Source: Octopus vulgaris (taxonomy: Eukaryota). Taken from it: a stretch of DNA of 64,000 nucleotides. Numbering within the stretch: position 1 is the first letter of the stretch; every line of letters begins with the position of its first letter. The stretch covers positions 7,440,001-7,504,000 of the forward strand of contig OX597820.1 of assembly GCA_951406725.2 (NCBI GenBank). The letters run 5' to 3'. The translations under genes were made by a program, and so were the position numbers. Positions 37,976 to 50,769 of this stretch are shown here, piece after piece. The notes beneath the pieces were generated by a model. The model made no database searches, was not told the origin of the DNA, and worked only from the letters and a program-made list of their open reading frames with translations.

Positions 37976-38264
37976 TTCAGCTGTTTCTATATGTTCAATT
38001 GGTGGATGTGTCTAAGTATATAGATAGATTCATAGACAGATCGGATAGATATATTGACACAAAGATAAATCAGAGCGAGATAACCTTAGCAAATAATTGT
38101 TGATGTTACTTTCACCTTTTTATGTGTAGTAGCCTAAAGGCTGAGTCCATGCTGGAGCAGCGCAATTATTTAGGATCAATCATTCAGATAGTTGGTTTCA
38201 GTGTTTGTCTACATTGTTACAGTAGATGGATATATATATACACCGAGAGAAATGTAAGTAAAAC

Positions 38265-38326
<62 letters not shown>

Positions 38327-38392
38327 TGATTGTTTGATAGATTGATAGATTGATAGATAGATAGATATATATATAGATAGATAGATTGATAT

Positions 38393-38476
<84 letters not shown>

Positions 38477-38501
38477 TTAGATAGATAGACAGATAGATAG
38501 A
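38265..38501. repeat. (GATA)n microsatellite
   Basis: Direct observation. Confidence 0.95.
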
Positions 38502-38885
38502 TTTTTTGGCCACGCAGAGCTGAACACAGAAGGGGCAAAATACAAAGTAGACTTTTCTTTTGGGGAAGAAGAGAGGAAAAAAGGGGGACCAATTCTGATC
38601 AAAAGTGATCGTGAAAAGAAAAAAAAAAACAAGGGGGGGCGATCAATAGGGATCGTGTTTCACAGAAATGTCAATGCAAAAAGGAAATACAGATTAGGTT
38701 TGTCCGTGGATAAAAAAGCTTACGGAAAAGACTACGGGAACCTTGGCCAATAGTGTCACATTACAGTAATTGGCACTCTTTTTTCTTTCTTTTTTTTCTT
38801 TTGTTTCAGAGGATAATGCTCCAGCTGGCTCCGTCATCCACACGAGCCATCCTTGCAACACTCACCCGTCGTTTTTTTAAGCATT
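38502..38885 (-). mobile_element. 3' end of an L1/Tx1-like LINE (ORF2 C-terminus + 3' UTR)
   Basis: KKRRVSVARMARVDDGASWSIIL* followed by a T-rich UTR and CCTTCTGTGTTCAGCTCTGCGTGGCCAAAAAA tail into (TCTA)n. Confidence 0.55.
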
Positions 38886-39070
38886 CTGCGGCCGAATCTG
38901 TTTTTAAGATGCTCGCTTCGAAAGTTGCATTCCTTCGTGTTTGATGCAATGTGTTTATGTTAGTTTTGACTTAAGAGTCCCTCCTAGCGTGAGGCATTTA
39001 TGTATAGTAATGCCCTTAATATAAATAATATATATGCATATATATGTATATATATATGTATATATATATA

Positions 39071-39129
<59 letters not shown>

Positions 39130-39164
39130 GCATATATATATGTATATATATATATATATGTATG

Positions 39165-39199
<35 letters not shown>

Positions 39200-39309
39200 G
39201 CACATATATGCATACACACATCTTTATATCTATACATACATATACATGCACATGTATATATTTATATATGTGTGTGCGTATGTGTATACATATATATATA
39301 TATTATATA

Positions 39310-39389
<80 letters not shown>

Positions 39390-40418
39390 TATATATATAT
39401 ACATACATGTATCAATATATTGCAGACACATGTACATACGCAATTTTATTCACATATATCTTTGTGTGTGTGGTTCTTTATGACTCTGTGCCTCGATGTA
39501 CTAAAGGTAGCCTTAAGCTTTCTAGAGTAATGAATCATTAATAGTCGAAGTCACACGTTAAATTCCCGCCGAAGGTTATAATACAAATCAAAATATATAT
39601 TTCGTTTTTAATTATAAGCTTTATAAATATATTCCGTCTTTATAGGTCATCTTATAATATGTTTACACGCAAAAACATACACACTCACTCACACACGTGT
39701 GCATTTGTGTATGTGTATGTGTATATTTATGTGTGTTTGTGTGTGTGTTTGTTTAAGTAGACCAGTTCAAGTTGTTGTGTTACTCACGTTTCGGAACTCG
39801 AACACAGGGCTTACAATTCCTCTCAATGAACCTCTATCTTCACCCTACAATATGTTATTGGGAACCCTTCCGTAAACCTTGCTTTACCAATTGTCTAGAC
39901 GCATATCTCCTTACACACAACCACACGTACACACACATACTCACACACACATACACGCATATACAAATAAAAGATATGGGAACTAGAGAGAAAATCATAA
40001 AGTAAACACTAAATTAAACTAAAATACGCTGATTCTCGCAGAAGACTATGATTCAAACACAAAGAATTAATGGTAAGATTTAATTAGTGGCACAGACACA
40101 TTAGTCGTAACGAAATGGTTTTTCAGTGGTCCACTTTGGTTGAAAGTGAACAATCTGACTTAGCGGAGACAGTAACGATGTAAATGTGAGTCTGTAAGAA
40201 TAGTCGCGTTGGCAATAAAGGCGCAGTGTGGAAGCGTTGGTTGTCAAACAAATATGTACAGAAGCACGTACAGGCAAAGGGTAGATTCATTAACGGTAGG
40301 GGGAAACTACCATGGTTTTACACTTGAAATATTTTAGCAAACATTGTGAGTGTTGCCTACACGTAGAAACAAGCTCAGAGTTTTAAATTAGTAACATGAA
40401 TGTTTGAGTGAACTTATG

Positions 40419-40722
40419 TTAGTTAGTTAGTTAATTTTTTGGCTCAAAAGCAAAAGGCAAGGGAATGTAGGGGGACATGGAGTTAAGTACAGGGTGGTGT
40501 TCATGTAAAGAGTTCAGGCCACTTGAGGTCAAGGGAGACTTTGAACAAAGCGGTCGTCGGCATCTTCACCATCTCGTCTGGCAGCTTGTTCCACGGATCC
40601 GCAACCCGGACGGAGAAAGCTCCTCTCCTTCGATTGAGATGAAATCGTCGCAGGTAGAGCTTTTCGGAATGACCCCGCAGCCGACGCTCTGGAGCAGGAG
40701 TGAAGAACAGCTCTTTCGAGCG
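40419..40722 (-). mobile_element. CR1 LINE 3' end
   Basis: RLRGHSEKL..RRRGAFSVRVADPWNKLPDEMV..TTALFKVSLD, short UTR, (CTAA)n tail. Confidence 0.9.
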
Positions 40723-40779
40723 TCTTCAGTTTTGTAGAAAATGCACCAATGAGATTTCTTTGAAGATGGAGTTGCAGTA

Positions 40780-42000
40780 AATGGTATCACTGATTCTGAT
40801 AACCTTCAAGAGAGTTCGTGTGTTGTTGGCATTTCCAACGGGTCGAGAACCAAATATATTCCTGAATATTGTAACACAGCATTCTGCAAGCCTTTTGGGT
40901 CATGGAAATCGTATCTGGATTATGTTTTGGTTGGTTAGATACACATAATACGAACTGTGATGTTTACCATCAACTAATGTAAACCACAAAGACAAGAACT
41001 TTGGAATGATTTGGTGATTATGTAAGTCTTTTTTTATGGGAATTGATGAAGAAGACTGCCAATGCCTGATGGAGAACCTTTCTAATGAAAATATTTATAA
41101 AATATAAGAAAAGATTTGCAAAAGGAAACAATAGAAAGAAGGTGAAGTTCAGAGGTTAACAGAAGAGAGCAAGAAAGATCATACAACAAACGCGCTGGCG
41201 AGGAAAAGATGTTGGCAGACTGTGTTTGACAAAGACTGTTTTATCTCTTGTATGGACGTGGTCTTAGAGAGGAATGAACGTTATAAAGCCAGTTGGCAAA
41301 GGGACGAGATCACAGAACCATAACAGGGCCTTTGGTGGACTGTGATGGACCTGTATTACACAACTAAAGGGGTGGTTTAGTGCAGTATTTTAGTTACAGT
41401 GTTATTGTACGTTAGCTAGGCCGGGCGAAATGCTTAGCGGTATTTCGTCTGACGCTACGTTCTGAGTTCAACTTCCGCCGAGGTCGACTTTGCCTTTCAT
41501 CCTTTCAGGGTCGATAAATTAAGTACCAGTTATGCACTGGGGTCGATATAATCGACTTAATCCGTCTGTCTGTCGTTGTTTGTCCTCTCTGTGTTTAGCC
41601 CCTTGTGGGTAGTAAAGAAATAGGTATTGTTTAAAGCTTACACCTAAGGGTCGGTGCGAATCTTCCGAGAGTTCTTTGAAAAAAGAAAAAGGTAGCAGGT
41701 AGCAGAGTACGTGTGGGTGGGAGTGGGGTTGCAAACCCAGATGTGTGTGTCAGATCGGATCTAATAATTTTATGGATTCTTATTAGATTTAACTGTTATG
41801 CTCTCCTGTCAGCTATGATCATAAACAAACAGCAACAGAATGTGATCGTATTTTATTGCGTAGATGACCGAACGCTTCGAATGAAAGACGCTATAAAAAA
41901 AGTGGAGTGGGGTATCATGGATAATTTCAAGGTCAGAACTTTGATAGAAGTTTAAAGATTCTGGTCTAGATACTAAAAATAGATCGATGTAGGTCGTTGG
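40780..42000 (+). mobile_element. Very decayed L1/Tx1-like ORF2 remnant interrupted by a SINE
   Basis: KSYLDYVLV (APE-like) and a faint D..K.FDR RT-like motif. Confidence 0.3.
41418..41627 (+). mobile_element. SINE family A, tail type 1
   Basis: Near-consensus match to the other A copies. Confidence 0.92.
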
Positions 42001-42361
42001 GAGTTTCGTCAAAAGCGCACATATGAGTTCGATTCCCAGCAGATTAATACAGGTTGACCCTTACATCACATCATACATAGATGTTACGGTTGGTAATAAA
42101 TCATTTTCAGTATGACTGAATCACACAACAAAATTGACTAATACTACCTAGGCTCTGCCCTGTGTGACACCGGTTTCAGTACCGTTTTCAGCGATTGGAT
42201 CATGTATTTGCACAGCGACATCTGATCGATGACGAAGTTAAATTGTACGCTATTCATAAGCATTTAGATTCGCAGACTCGGTCCTTCAAATATGTCACAT
42301 CTCTCCTCACTTGAAAGTTTTGGATCTGAAGCCACTGCAGCAGGAGCGAGATACATTATAT

Positions 42362-42764
42362 AATATTCTTTTCGACTCTAGGCACAAAACCCAAAATTTT
42401 GGGTGAGGTGACCAGTCATTTAGATCGACCCCAGTACGCAACTGGTACTTAATTTATCGACCCCGAAAAGATGAAAAGCAAAGTCGACCACGGCGCAATT
42501 TGAACTCCGAAAGTAAGGACACGAAATACCTATTTCTTTACTACCCACAAGGGGCTAAAGACAGAGAGGACAAACAAGGACAGACAAACGGATTAAGTCG
42601 ATTAGATCGAACCCTGTACGCAATTGGTACGTAATTTATCGACCCCGAAAAGATGAAAGACAAAGTCGACCTCGGCGGAATTTGAACTCAGAACGTAGCG
42701 GCAGACGAAATACCGCCAAGCATTTTGTCCGGCATGCTAACGTTTCTGGCCAGCTCACCGCCTT
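42362..42764 (-). mobile_element. SINE family A dimer (full tail-1 monomer followed by 5'-truncated tail-2 monomer)
   Basis: Two copies of the GTCGACTTTG..CGGGGTCGATAAATT body ~177 bp apart. Confidence 0.9.
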
Positions 42765-42829
42765 ATCAATTAAATAATATTGCACTACAACTGAGACTAA
42801 CTTACTTATTCCGTCAGATATAGAGCTAT

Positions 42830-43110
42830 CAAGTTTATGTGAACAATAGTGAAGAAATACAACGAGCTGCATAATTTTGGCAGTCTGATCCATGAGACAA
42901 AGTCCAAGCCGTCCATTCTTTGCACTGAAATATGCTCGAGGTCTGGCACTGTCCAAGTTGTAAAAGGAAGGGTTTACAAGCACGATGCCAACCCTTAACC
43001 AGAAATTGGCCGATATGTATATTTCTAAATGATCGGAGAGAGTTAGCGATCACAATATTGGCTCCATTGTATGTTTCTTTGTATGATCATTGTGTCTCGC
43101 CGAGCAAGAA
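42830..43110 (-). mobile_element. Possible decayed RLE-type (R2/NeSL/CRE-like) RT C-terminal fragment
   Basis: RAYFSAKNGRLGL resembles the conserved GGLGL motif. Confidence 0.3.
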
Positions 43111-43624
43111 TTTCACCAGATTACACCCTCTATTTGTAGGAGAGGGTGTAATCTTCTACAACGAATTACACCATTTGTTGTAGAAGAAATGCATTACGCT
43201 GATTGGGCAATTCCCGACACCTGCTGTATCGAGAGATTGGAATGCCGTTATGGAACAGAAACATTCTTTGAGGCTATAACATGGCAGATATTCTATTTTA
43301 GCTGCAACATCTTTCATAATAAGTCGGCTGAACGACGAGAGCTAATATTGGACTAAGCAGCTACAACAATACAAGCAATTGTAGATGATACTTTATTGTA
43401 ATATTAATTAGTTAGTATTGTGCCATTAATTGAGAGAGAATTATTTAATTTATTAATTCATGTTAACATTAATTTAGTTAGTTTTAACATTAATTAACTT
43501 TGGTTGTGTTAATATTAAATTAGTGTTAACATTAATGAAAAATGTTAACCTTTTAATGAGTAACATGATTACAGTGTTAATTAAAATAATTTAGCTGCAA
43601 GCAAATTATTAACTGAATATTATT

Positions 43625-43822
43625 TCAGGTATTGCTAGAGCGGATTAGAAGGATACTTATGAATTATGTATTTCGGTTTAATAATTCTTGGTTCAAATTT
43701 CGCAGACTCCAGCTTTGTCTTTCATCCCTTCGGGTTTCGAAAATTTAAGTAATAGCAAAGTACTTGGGCAACACCAACCCTCCACAAGCTTCCACCACCT
43801 GCTACCCATGTTAGAAATAATC
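43625..43822 (+). mobile_element. SINE family A, old degenerate copy
   Basis: GGTTCAAATTTCGC..CTTTGTCTTTCATCCCTTCGGG. Confidence 0.6.
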
Positions 43823-44226
43823 ATTTGTCTTTTTACATCGCCTATGGGAGACAATTTCCAGCATGTTTCACTCTTATAAGATACTTATAGACTCACTGTA
43901 ATTGCTTAAGTCGTGGGTAGTAACTCATTTAGTAGACCATTTTGGTCACCAATAGATATCATAAATTAGCATAGTTAATGAAATATATTACTCTGTGTGT
44001 TATTACTCAAGGACACCACCACTACAATCCATTAGTATATAACTGCAGGGCATCGCCCTACAGTTATATACTACAGAATAGTTATATTCAACAGATCAAC
44101 AGAATAGTGAGAGCCTCAGAAGAATACGTGTTGCAATATTCAACTCTTTATCTTCAGCGTTCAAATCTTACTCAACTCATCTTTGCCTTTTATCTCACCA
44201 GTACATGGCTTAATATTGACAAAGTA

Positions 44227-44670
44227 AGTCCTAAATGCAAAACTCCTCTTGCCCTATTCCAGTCTGCTACACAGAATATTCTCAGAGCGCATCCCAGCAC
44301 TTATTTTATTACTGCTGCTGTTTGAAGGAGAATTCGTCGAATGTCCGATTATTTTCTTTTCGAGAAAGAGTAGAAAATTTGGGCATTTAGCCCCTTCTCT
44401 CAAAAGTACAGGTCTTATGTCTAAATGAAATGAAATGGAGAATTCCAAGAATTTGGTGAGGGAGTATATCATTTTAGAAGAATATTATAAAGTTTGATTG
44501 CCGTAGGGCTTCGAACGTTTCTTTACTCGCCATTCAGTACTTTTCAAGACAACAAACTTAATGCCCAAATTTTCTACAGCAGCAATAATAAAAGAAGTGG
44601 TGGGATGCGTTCTGAGAATACTCTGTGTTGCAGACTGGAATAGAGTTCGAGGAATTCTGCATTTAGGACA
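44227..44670. mobile_element. MITE with ~95-bp terminal inverted repeats, TA-flanked
   Basis: 44228..44321 is the reverse complement of 44576..44669 with scattered mismatches; TA at 44225-6 and 44671-2. Confidence 0.8.
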
Positions 44671-45494
44671 TACCATGACACACCTAACATAATTTCAAAA
44701 CTACACCATCTTTATCTTTCTGCTAACCATGGGTACCATACATACAAACATACTGACACAGTGCCAATCTAGATAAGCTAGATAACCAACACACTAATGC
44801 ACACGTTACAAATACAATCGATAAGTGGAACAGTAAATATATGCAAGACTTTTCTCAAGTTTGAAATGTGACATTGTTTCCGTTACCTACATTCCGACGA
44901 CAGAGCTTTGTGACTTTCTTAGAAACCAGCTCCTTCCACGAAGAAAGAATTTAAATAATTAAAAACAAAACAGAACATATACATACATATATACATACGC
45001 ACGTACATACATGCGTACGTACATACATACATATATACGTGTGTGTGTGTGTGTGTAGACTCATATCTGTAATTATACTTTCTTACGTTCAGTATCTATT
45101 TATTTAATATTTTTTTCCCCCGACCATCATTCATTTGCTCATATTCTAAATTGAAATCGATTCAAAAGTTTTCTACTTCACTGAAGATATTCGTAGATAT
45201 CTTCGGAAATATCGAATAAAAGAAACAATTCTAATATTAATTCTTTGAAAAATACAAACAGAAAATAATCCAACAACAGCATAATCTACAAACACACAAA
45301 CACTCAACAAGAAAAACATGTTTCTAATTTTGTTATTTTGTAATTCTTTTTAAAACTTGGAGTTTAAAGAATTTGATGAACAGCAATTGGAATGAGATAA
45401 TGGTTTATTCTTGACAACCAATTCTATTATGGCGAGACGCGCAAAATGTGAAGATACAATATTCATCTTTTTCCGGTCAGGAAATATGTATACG

Positions 45495-45655
45495 TCTTCG
45501 TGGTTAAAACTGCTATTCTTCGCAACTGTACGACTTCGAGTTCGATTCCACTGTATAGCAGTTTGAGGAATTCATTCTACCATGGTCTCGGGTCGACCAT
45601 AAACTTGTGTGAGAAATTTGGAAAAATAAAACAATGTAAAAGCCTGCAGCAGGAA
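45495..45655 (+). mobile_element. SINE family B, old 5' part
   Basis: GTGGTTAA..GAGTTCGATTCCACTG..CTCGGGTCGACCATAAACTTGTG. Confidence 0.55.
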
Positions 45656-45678
45656 GCGTTCTTACAGGGTAATTATAA

Positions 45679-46059
45679 TCTTTATATATAAAAGTGAGGT
45701 TGTGTGCTGTCTGTCTCCTACGATTTAGATTCCTAACTACTCCCACATTTTGCGGTGCAGTTTAACCAAAACCTGGTATCTTATAGTCGTGATTTATATC
45801 GAGCCCTTCTGGGTATTAGCGCGCGTCTACGATGAGTCTACGATTTAAAAAAAAATGACCATCAATTTTTCCCATTTTTAATGCATTTTTGACATATATA
45901 AGGGAAGTAACTCTCTAAAAATTTATTATTAAATATCAGAACGTAAAAAGCTACAGTAACACCCCCCCCTTTGAGATGGCTATTATACTTTACATCTCTA
46001 AAAATGCTTATATAGTTATTTCCCTTACAAACCCGAGCAACGCCGGGTGATACTGCTAG
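45679..46059 (+). mobile_element. Non-autonomous Helitron, copy 3
   Basis: A^TC start, CCCGAGCAACGCCGGG subterminal hairpin, CTAG^T end. Confidence 0.88.
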
Positions 46060-46082
46060 TTATAATTATAATTATAGTAACA

Positions 46083-46311
46083 GCGGCGAGCTGGCAGAAA
46101 CGTTAGCACACCGGGCGAAATGCGTAGCCGTATTTCGTCTGCCGTTACGTTCTGAGCTCAAATTCCGTCGAGGTCGATTTTGCCTTTCATCCTTTCGGGG
46201 TCGATAAATTAAGTACCAGTTACGCACTGGGGTCGATTTGATCGACTTAATCCGTTTGCCTGTCTTTGTTTGTCTCCTCTGTGTGTAGCCCCTTGTGGGT
46301 AGTAAAGAAAT
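46083..46311 (+). mobile_element. SINE family A, tail type 1
   Basis: Near-consensus full-length copy. Confidence 0.92.
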
Positions 46312-47461
46312 ATATAATTAGTCATTCGGTTCAAGTCTTGCCTTCGGAGACATTAGTGGTGTTTAGTCTGCTACAAGAATTCAGGTTAAGTCTCTTGCTT
46401 GAAGTCAGCTTCCTCTACACCGTCCATCAATTTAATTTATTCTTGAAAGATGTCACTGTTGCTGTCTTCTTTCTGACAAAGTCTTACAACAATTACTGAA
46501 AATGAGTCATCAAACCCCTTCCAAACTGTGTTATAGTCAACAGTAGAAACAAAAACGATGATTAGAAAGAAACATTGCTGGTTAGCTCACATTATTTGTT
46601 GGTCTAACAAGCAAAAGGGTGAACTGTGAATATTTCTGTTTTGTTACGTTTCAGTTTCATCTGCGAGTTTGTATAATCCAACATTGATGTGCGCTACGTA
46701 GATAGTTATATTGCTACATAACTGTTACTATAACTCTATACTCCCTATAGTTATATAGCTCTATAGGATATCTAATTAATAAAAATCATCATGTTGAGTT
46801 GAGAAATTATGGAAGTTGGTATTCCAGATATATGTAGCGTAATGTGTTTCTTTGGTATCACGCAAGGTGATAGTGCGGAAGGAGGAGGGGGGCTGTTGAA
46901 AATCAAATAGTGGGTAGGTGAGTGACAGTGCAAGATCTAAAATGAAAGTGAAAGAAGGAATGGTATGCTTACCTGTCTCGATAAATAAATAGGATAAGAG
47001 AGAGTGAAAGATTTATAGTGGAATTTTATTTGAATAAGAGATGCAACAATGAATTAGCCTGTGTAGAAATATAAACAAACTAAATTTTCTTTTTTTTATT
47101 AGCACCGAAATGTGTATGTACGAATAAGATGATAATTTATTTTCGAATGCAGAGATTCTGTTTGGACAGCAGGAATCTTGGGTAAATTACTCTTACAAAG
47201 CGGGAAAAATTGTCAACCACTTTTACTGATACCTGTATTTTCATTGCCAGAAATTATAGTGGTAGAGAGTAATTCTGTGATTCGATAATGTGGGAGAATC
47301 TCAGAAAATAATAATTTACCGAGGATAAACATAACACTTCTGGATTTAATAACACGTGACGTGTCTAATAGAAAAAATATGCTTATTGATATACACACAC
47401 GTCTGCATACATGTATTTACAGACAGATATGCATATATATACACATACAAATATCCACGAC

Positions 47462-47495
<34 letters not shown>

Positions 47496-48152
47496 TACAC
47501 ACACACACAAACACACATAGATATTTATGTATTAATTCAAAATGGAGACGAACACCAATAGGCTTGATAATTGTTGAGGGACTCACCTTAACCTGAAACC
47601 AATGGTAGACTTAACTCACGAAAAAAGAATTTTTATCCACCAATACAGTGTTGAGCATTCATTTTCACTGTTCGATGTGAATGTATACATGAGTGGGTGT
47701 GTGGGGGCGGGGGGTGTTTGTGGGTTTTCATTTCCAGTTGCGTGAATTTTCTCTCCTAAGCGGGAGCTGGTTCTTAACAAATATACGCTGCTCCATCGTT
47801 GAAATGTAAGTTACATTTATGCACGAATACTGCCATATTGTTATACACAGGTTGATGTATTTATGTTTTAGGAAGCTCTATTTTATTTCATTTGTTTTCT
47901 TGGTAACAAAAAAATGTTATGAGAATAATGGTATATGGATTTTGTTTTGTAATTTCTTAGTTTGCAAATGTTAGGCTTTTTTGGGGAATGGGAAGTACAA
48001 GGTTCAGATCTTTTGCTGTTTTGTCTCAAGACTGAGCATTCAGCTCTGCCTACACCACTTCAATGAACCAAAACTGAGAAAAAACATTTCACGTTGGTTG
48101 ATAGGGAATGAATGAAAGGAAAAAAGGAGAAAAAAAATATATATATATATAT

Positions 48153-48353
48153 ACTCTTTTACTCTTTTATTTGTTTTAGTCATTTGGCTGCGGCCATGCT
48201 GGAGCACCGCCTTTAGTCGATCAAATTGACCCCGGGACTTATTCTTTGTAAGCCCAGTACTTATTTTATTGGTCTCTTTTGCCGAACCGCTAAGTTACGG
48301 GGACGTAAGCATACCAGCATCGGTTGTCAAGCAATGCTAGGGGGACAAACACA

Positions 48354-48423
<70 letters not shown>

Positions 48424-48589
48424 TACGACAGGCTTCTATCAGTTTCCGTCTACCAAATCCACTCACAAGGCATTGGTCGGTCCGGGGCTATAGCAGAAGA
48501 CACTTGCCCAAGATGCCACGCAGTGGGACTGAACCCGGAACTATGTGGTTGGTTAGCAAGCTACTTACCACACAGCCACTCCTGCGCCT
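48153..48589 (-). mobile_element. SINE family B (tRNA head, CORE-like segment, internal TA/TG microsatellite), full length
   Basis: AGGCGCAGGAGTGGCTGTGTGGTAAG..GGGTTCAGTCCC..CTTGGGCAAGTGTCTTC; TAAAAGAG tail repeats. Confidence 0.92.
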
Positions 48590-49561
48590 ATCTAAAAGGT
48601 ATCTAAAAGAAATAAAATAATTCCAATAAATGCTGCTTTGATGAAATGAAATATTTTATCACATTGTTTTCTTCTGAAATAATTATTTAGATGTTTAAAA
48701 CTTGATTAATCTTTAGTCTCCTGATCAAATTTCCATTAAAGCTTTCAAGTCATTCTTCCAAACATCAGTTTTTTTTACTAAGTTCATTATTTTCCAAATG
48801 AATTATTGTTTTTTTTAACAGAGTAACAAAAACAATTTCACATTTTAAATTTGAGAAAAGACTTGCATATCTTTACTTTACCACTTACAGATTGTATTTG
48901 CAAGGTGCGAGTTAGCTGGTTGATTTCTTTTTCTAAAAACCCTAGCTTATCGCGAGTGTCACTTAAACATTTACTTCTAAAACCAAGTGCACCAATTATT
49001 ATTGGTATAAATGTGAATTTATAATCAACGCGTAGAAGCTGGAGATTTCAAAGCAGTTGTCTATAGTTGATCTCTTTTCTCTTTGATTTTCAAATAGTTA
49101 TTCACATCAGCATTATAACTGACTTCTATGGCGGTACAGACTTTTTCTTTTCTTTGCCAGACAAAAATATCCGGCCTGTTACGTTTACTCTTAACAGATG
49201 TTTGATGGGAATGTCCCCACGAGTATTCATCGTGTTAATGTTAGTTCATGTATGCTATAACCGAGAGTTTCTCTATATTCATTCCAAGATTGTCTTTTTT
49301 CCGAATAGCATTATATTTGGCAATTGCAGCGTGGAAGGTGTTTATAAGCCATTTAAAAAAACACAAAAACCTTTAGATTCACTTAAACATTTTAATTTAA
49401 TTTGTGTCAAAATATTTTCGTCGCTTTGAAACCGTGACCTGTTCACTGACAAAATTTCGTGCTCAAACACCTTCCACGCTGAAATTGTTTTTGCTTCACT
49501 ACACAATATTGTCTTATTGTAAAAGAAGAGTTTCGACCTTAGAAGACACTTGTCCAATATC

Positions 49562-49925
49562 TCACTGCGTGGTACCTTGAGCAAGTGTTTTCTACTATAC
49601 CCTCGGGCTTACCAAAGCCTTGTGGGCTATTTGGTGGACGGAAACTGAAAGAAGCCCGCCGTATATATATATATATATATATATATATACGTATGCATGT
49701 ATGTATCTACGTGTATTTCTTAGTGTTTGTGCTTTTCCTTCACCACCGCTTGACGATTGGTGTTAATGTGATTAACTTAACGGTTTGGCAATAGAACTCG
49801 ATAGAATAAGTACCTGGTTTAAAAGAAATAAATCCCGGGGTTGATTTGCTCGACTAAAACCCTTCAAGGTGTTGCCCCAGCATGACCGAAGTCCAATGAC
49901 TGTTGCGAGTAAAAGATATAAGCTA
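49562..49925 (+). mobile_element. SINE family B, 5'-truncated
   Basis: CACTGCGTGGTACCTTGAGCAAGTG..GACGGAAACTGAAAGAAGCCCG..CCAGCATGACCG. Confidence 0.85.
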
Positions 49926-49995
49926 AAAGAAATTCCCGAATCCCTAAACATTTCCTGTTCTGTTGTATAAGACCTGGAGATAATATTAGGCAATT

Positions 49996-50040
49996 GTCAT
50001 ACTGATGACGACGACTGAACCGGAAACACGTGTGTATGAC
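49996..50040 (+). ncRNA. Minimal type I hammerhead-like motif, probably inactive (GUG triplet)
   Basis: GTCATA-CTGATGA-CG..CG-GAAAC-ACGT-GTG-TATGAC; 6-bp stem I, palindromic stem III ACACGTGT. Confidence 0.6.
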
Positions 50041-50298
50041 TGTCCGCTTATCCCTAGACAAAAAACATTCTCTTTCCTTGAAGGCATATCAGTTTTTGAG
50101 AGATTCTTGGTCTTAATTGGAATTTCATAATTATGTTACGTCCTCTAGAGACGGAGATCATTTTAATTTATCAGAAATTTATATTGTATGGTATGTGGTA
50201 TACCTGTATTTCTTATTCAAATTCATAGCATTAACAATTATGAGTTATTTTTCTGAGCTCATTTTTGCTACACACACACACACACACACACTTATGTA

Positions 50299-50757
50299 CA
50301 GGGTGTGTGAAAAGTCAGTAGGCATCAAAAATTGGTTATAGAACCCATATTCTTTTTACAAATTTACTGAAAAAAATTATAGATATTCTTTTTTACAAGG
50401 CAAAGTGAAAGTAAATGTTCATATTTCAACATAAGCACCGATGGCGTCAACAAGTTTCCTCAAACGGCCAAGGATGGAATGAACAAGCATCTGAAAGACG
50501 TCGTTTAGGATATCACTAAGAACCCCCAGAATCCGTGTCACCAAGTCTTCCCATTTGCGAGTGTTTGTCATTGTACATCTCCTCGTTTGTGTAACTCCAC
50601 AGGTAAAAATCGCATGGAGTGAGATCTGGACCTCTTGGAGTTCTGGACTTCTTGGAGTTCTGGACTTCTGGACTTCTCCGATCCCAGTCTTCAGGTTTTA
50701 GCTCTTGCATCTAATGGGGTTTCCACGGACGAAAATTCAATTTTTTATGCAACAATT
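50299..50757 (-). mobile_element. Tc1/mariner-superfamily transposon relic (internally deleted)
   Basis: TA|CAGGGTG terminus; PRGPDLTPCDFYLWSY; 17-bp tandem duplication at the deletion junction (50635..50676). Confidence 0.8.
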
Positions 50758-50769
50758 GTGTGTGTGTGT

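Noticed and set aside
45181-45206. CTGAAGA..GAAA hammerhead candidate
   Set aside because: A simple palindrome (CTGAAGATAT/ATATCTTCGG); stems I and II do not form. The CTGAGGA candidate near 5225 fails likewise
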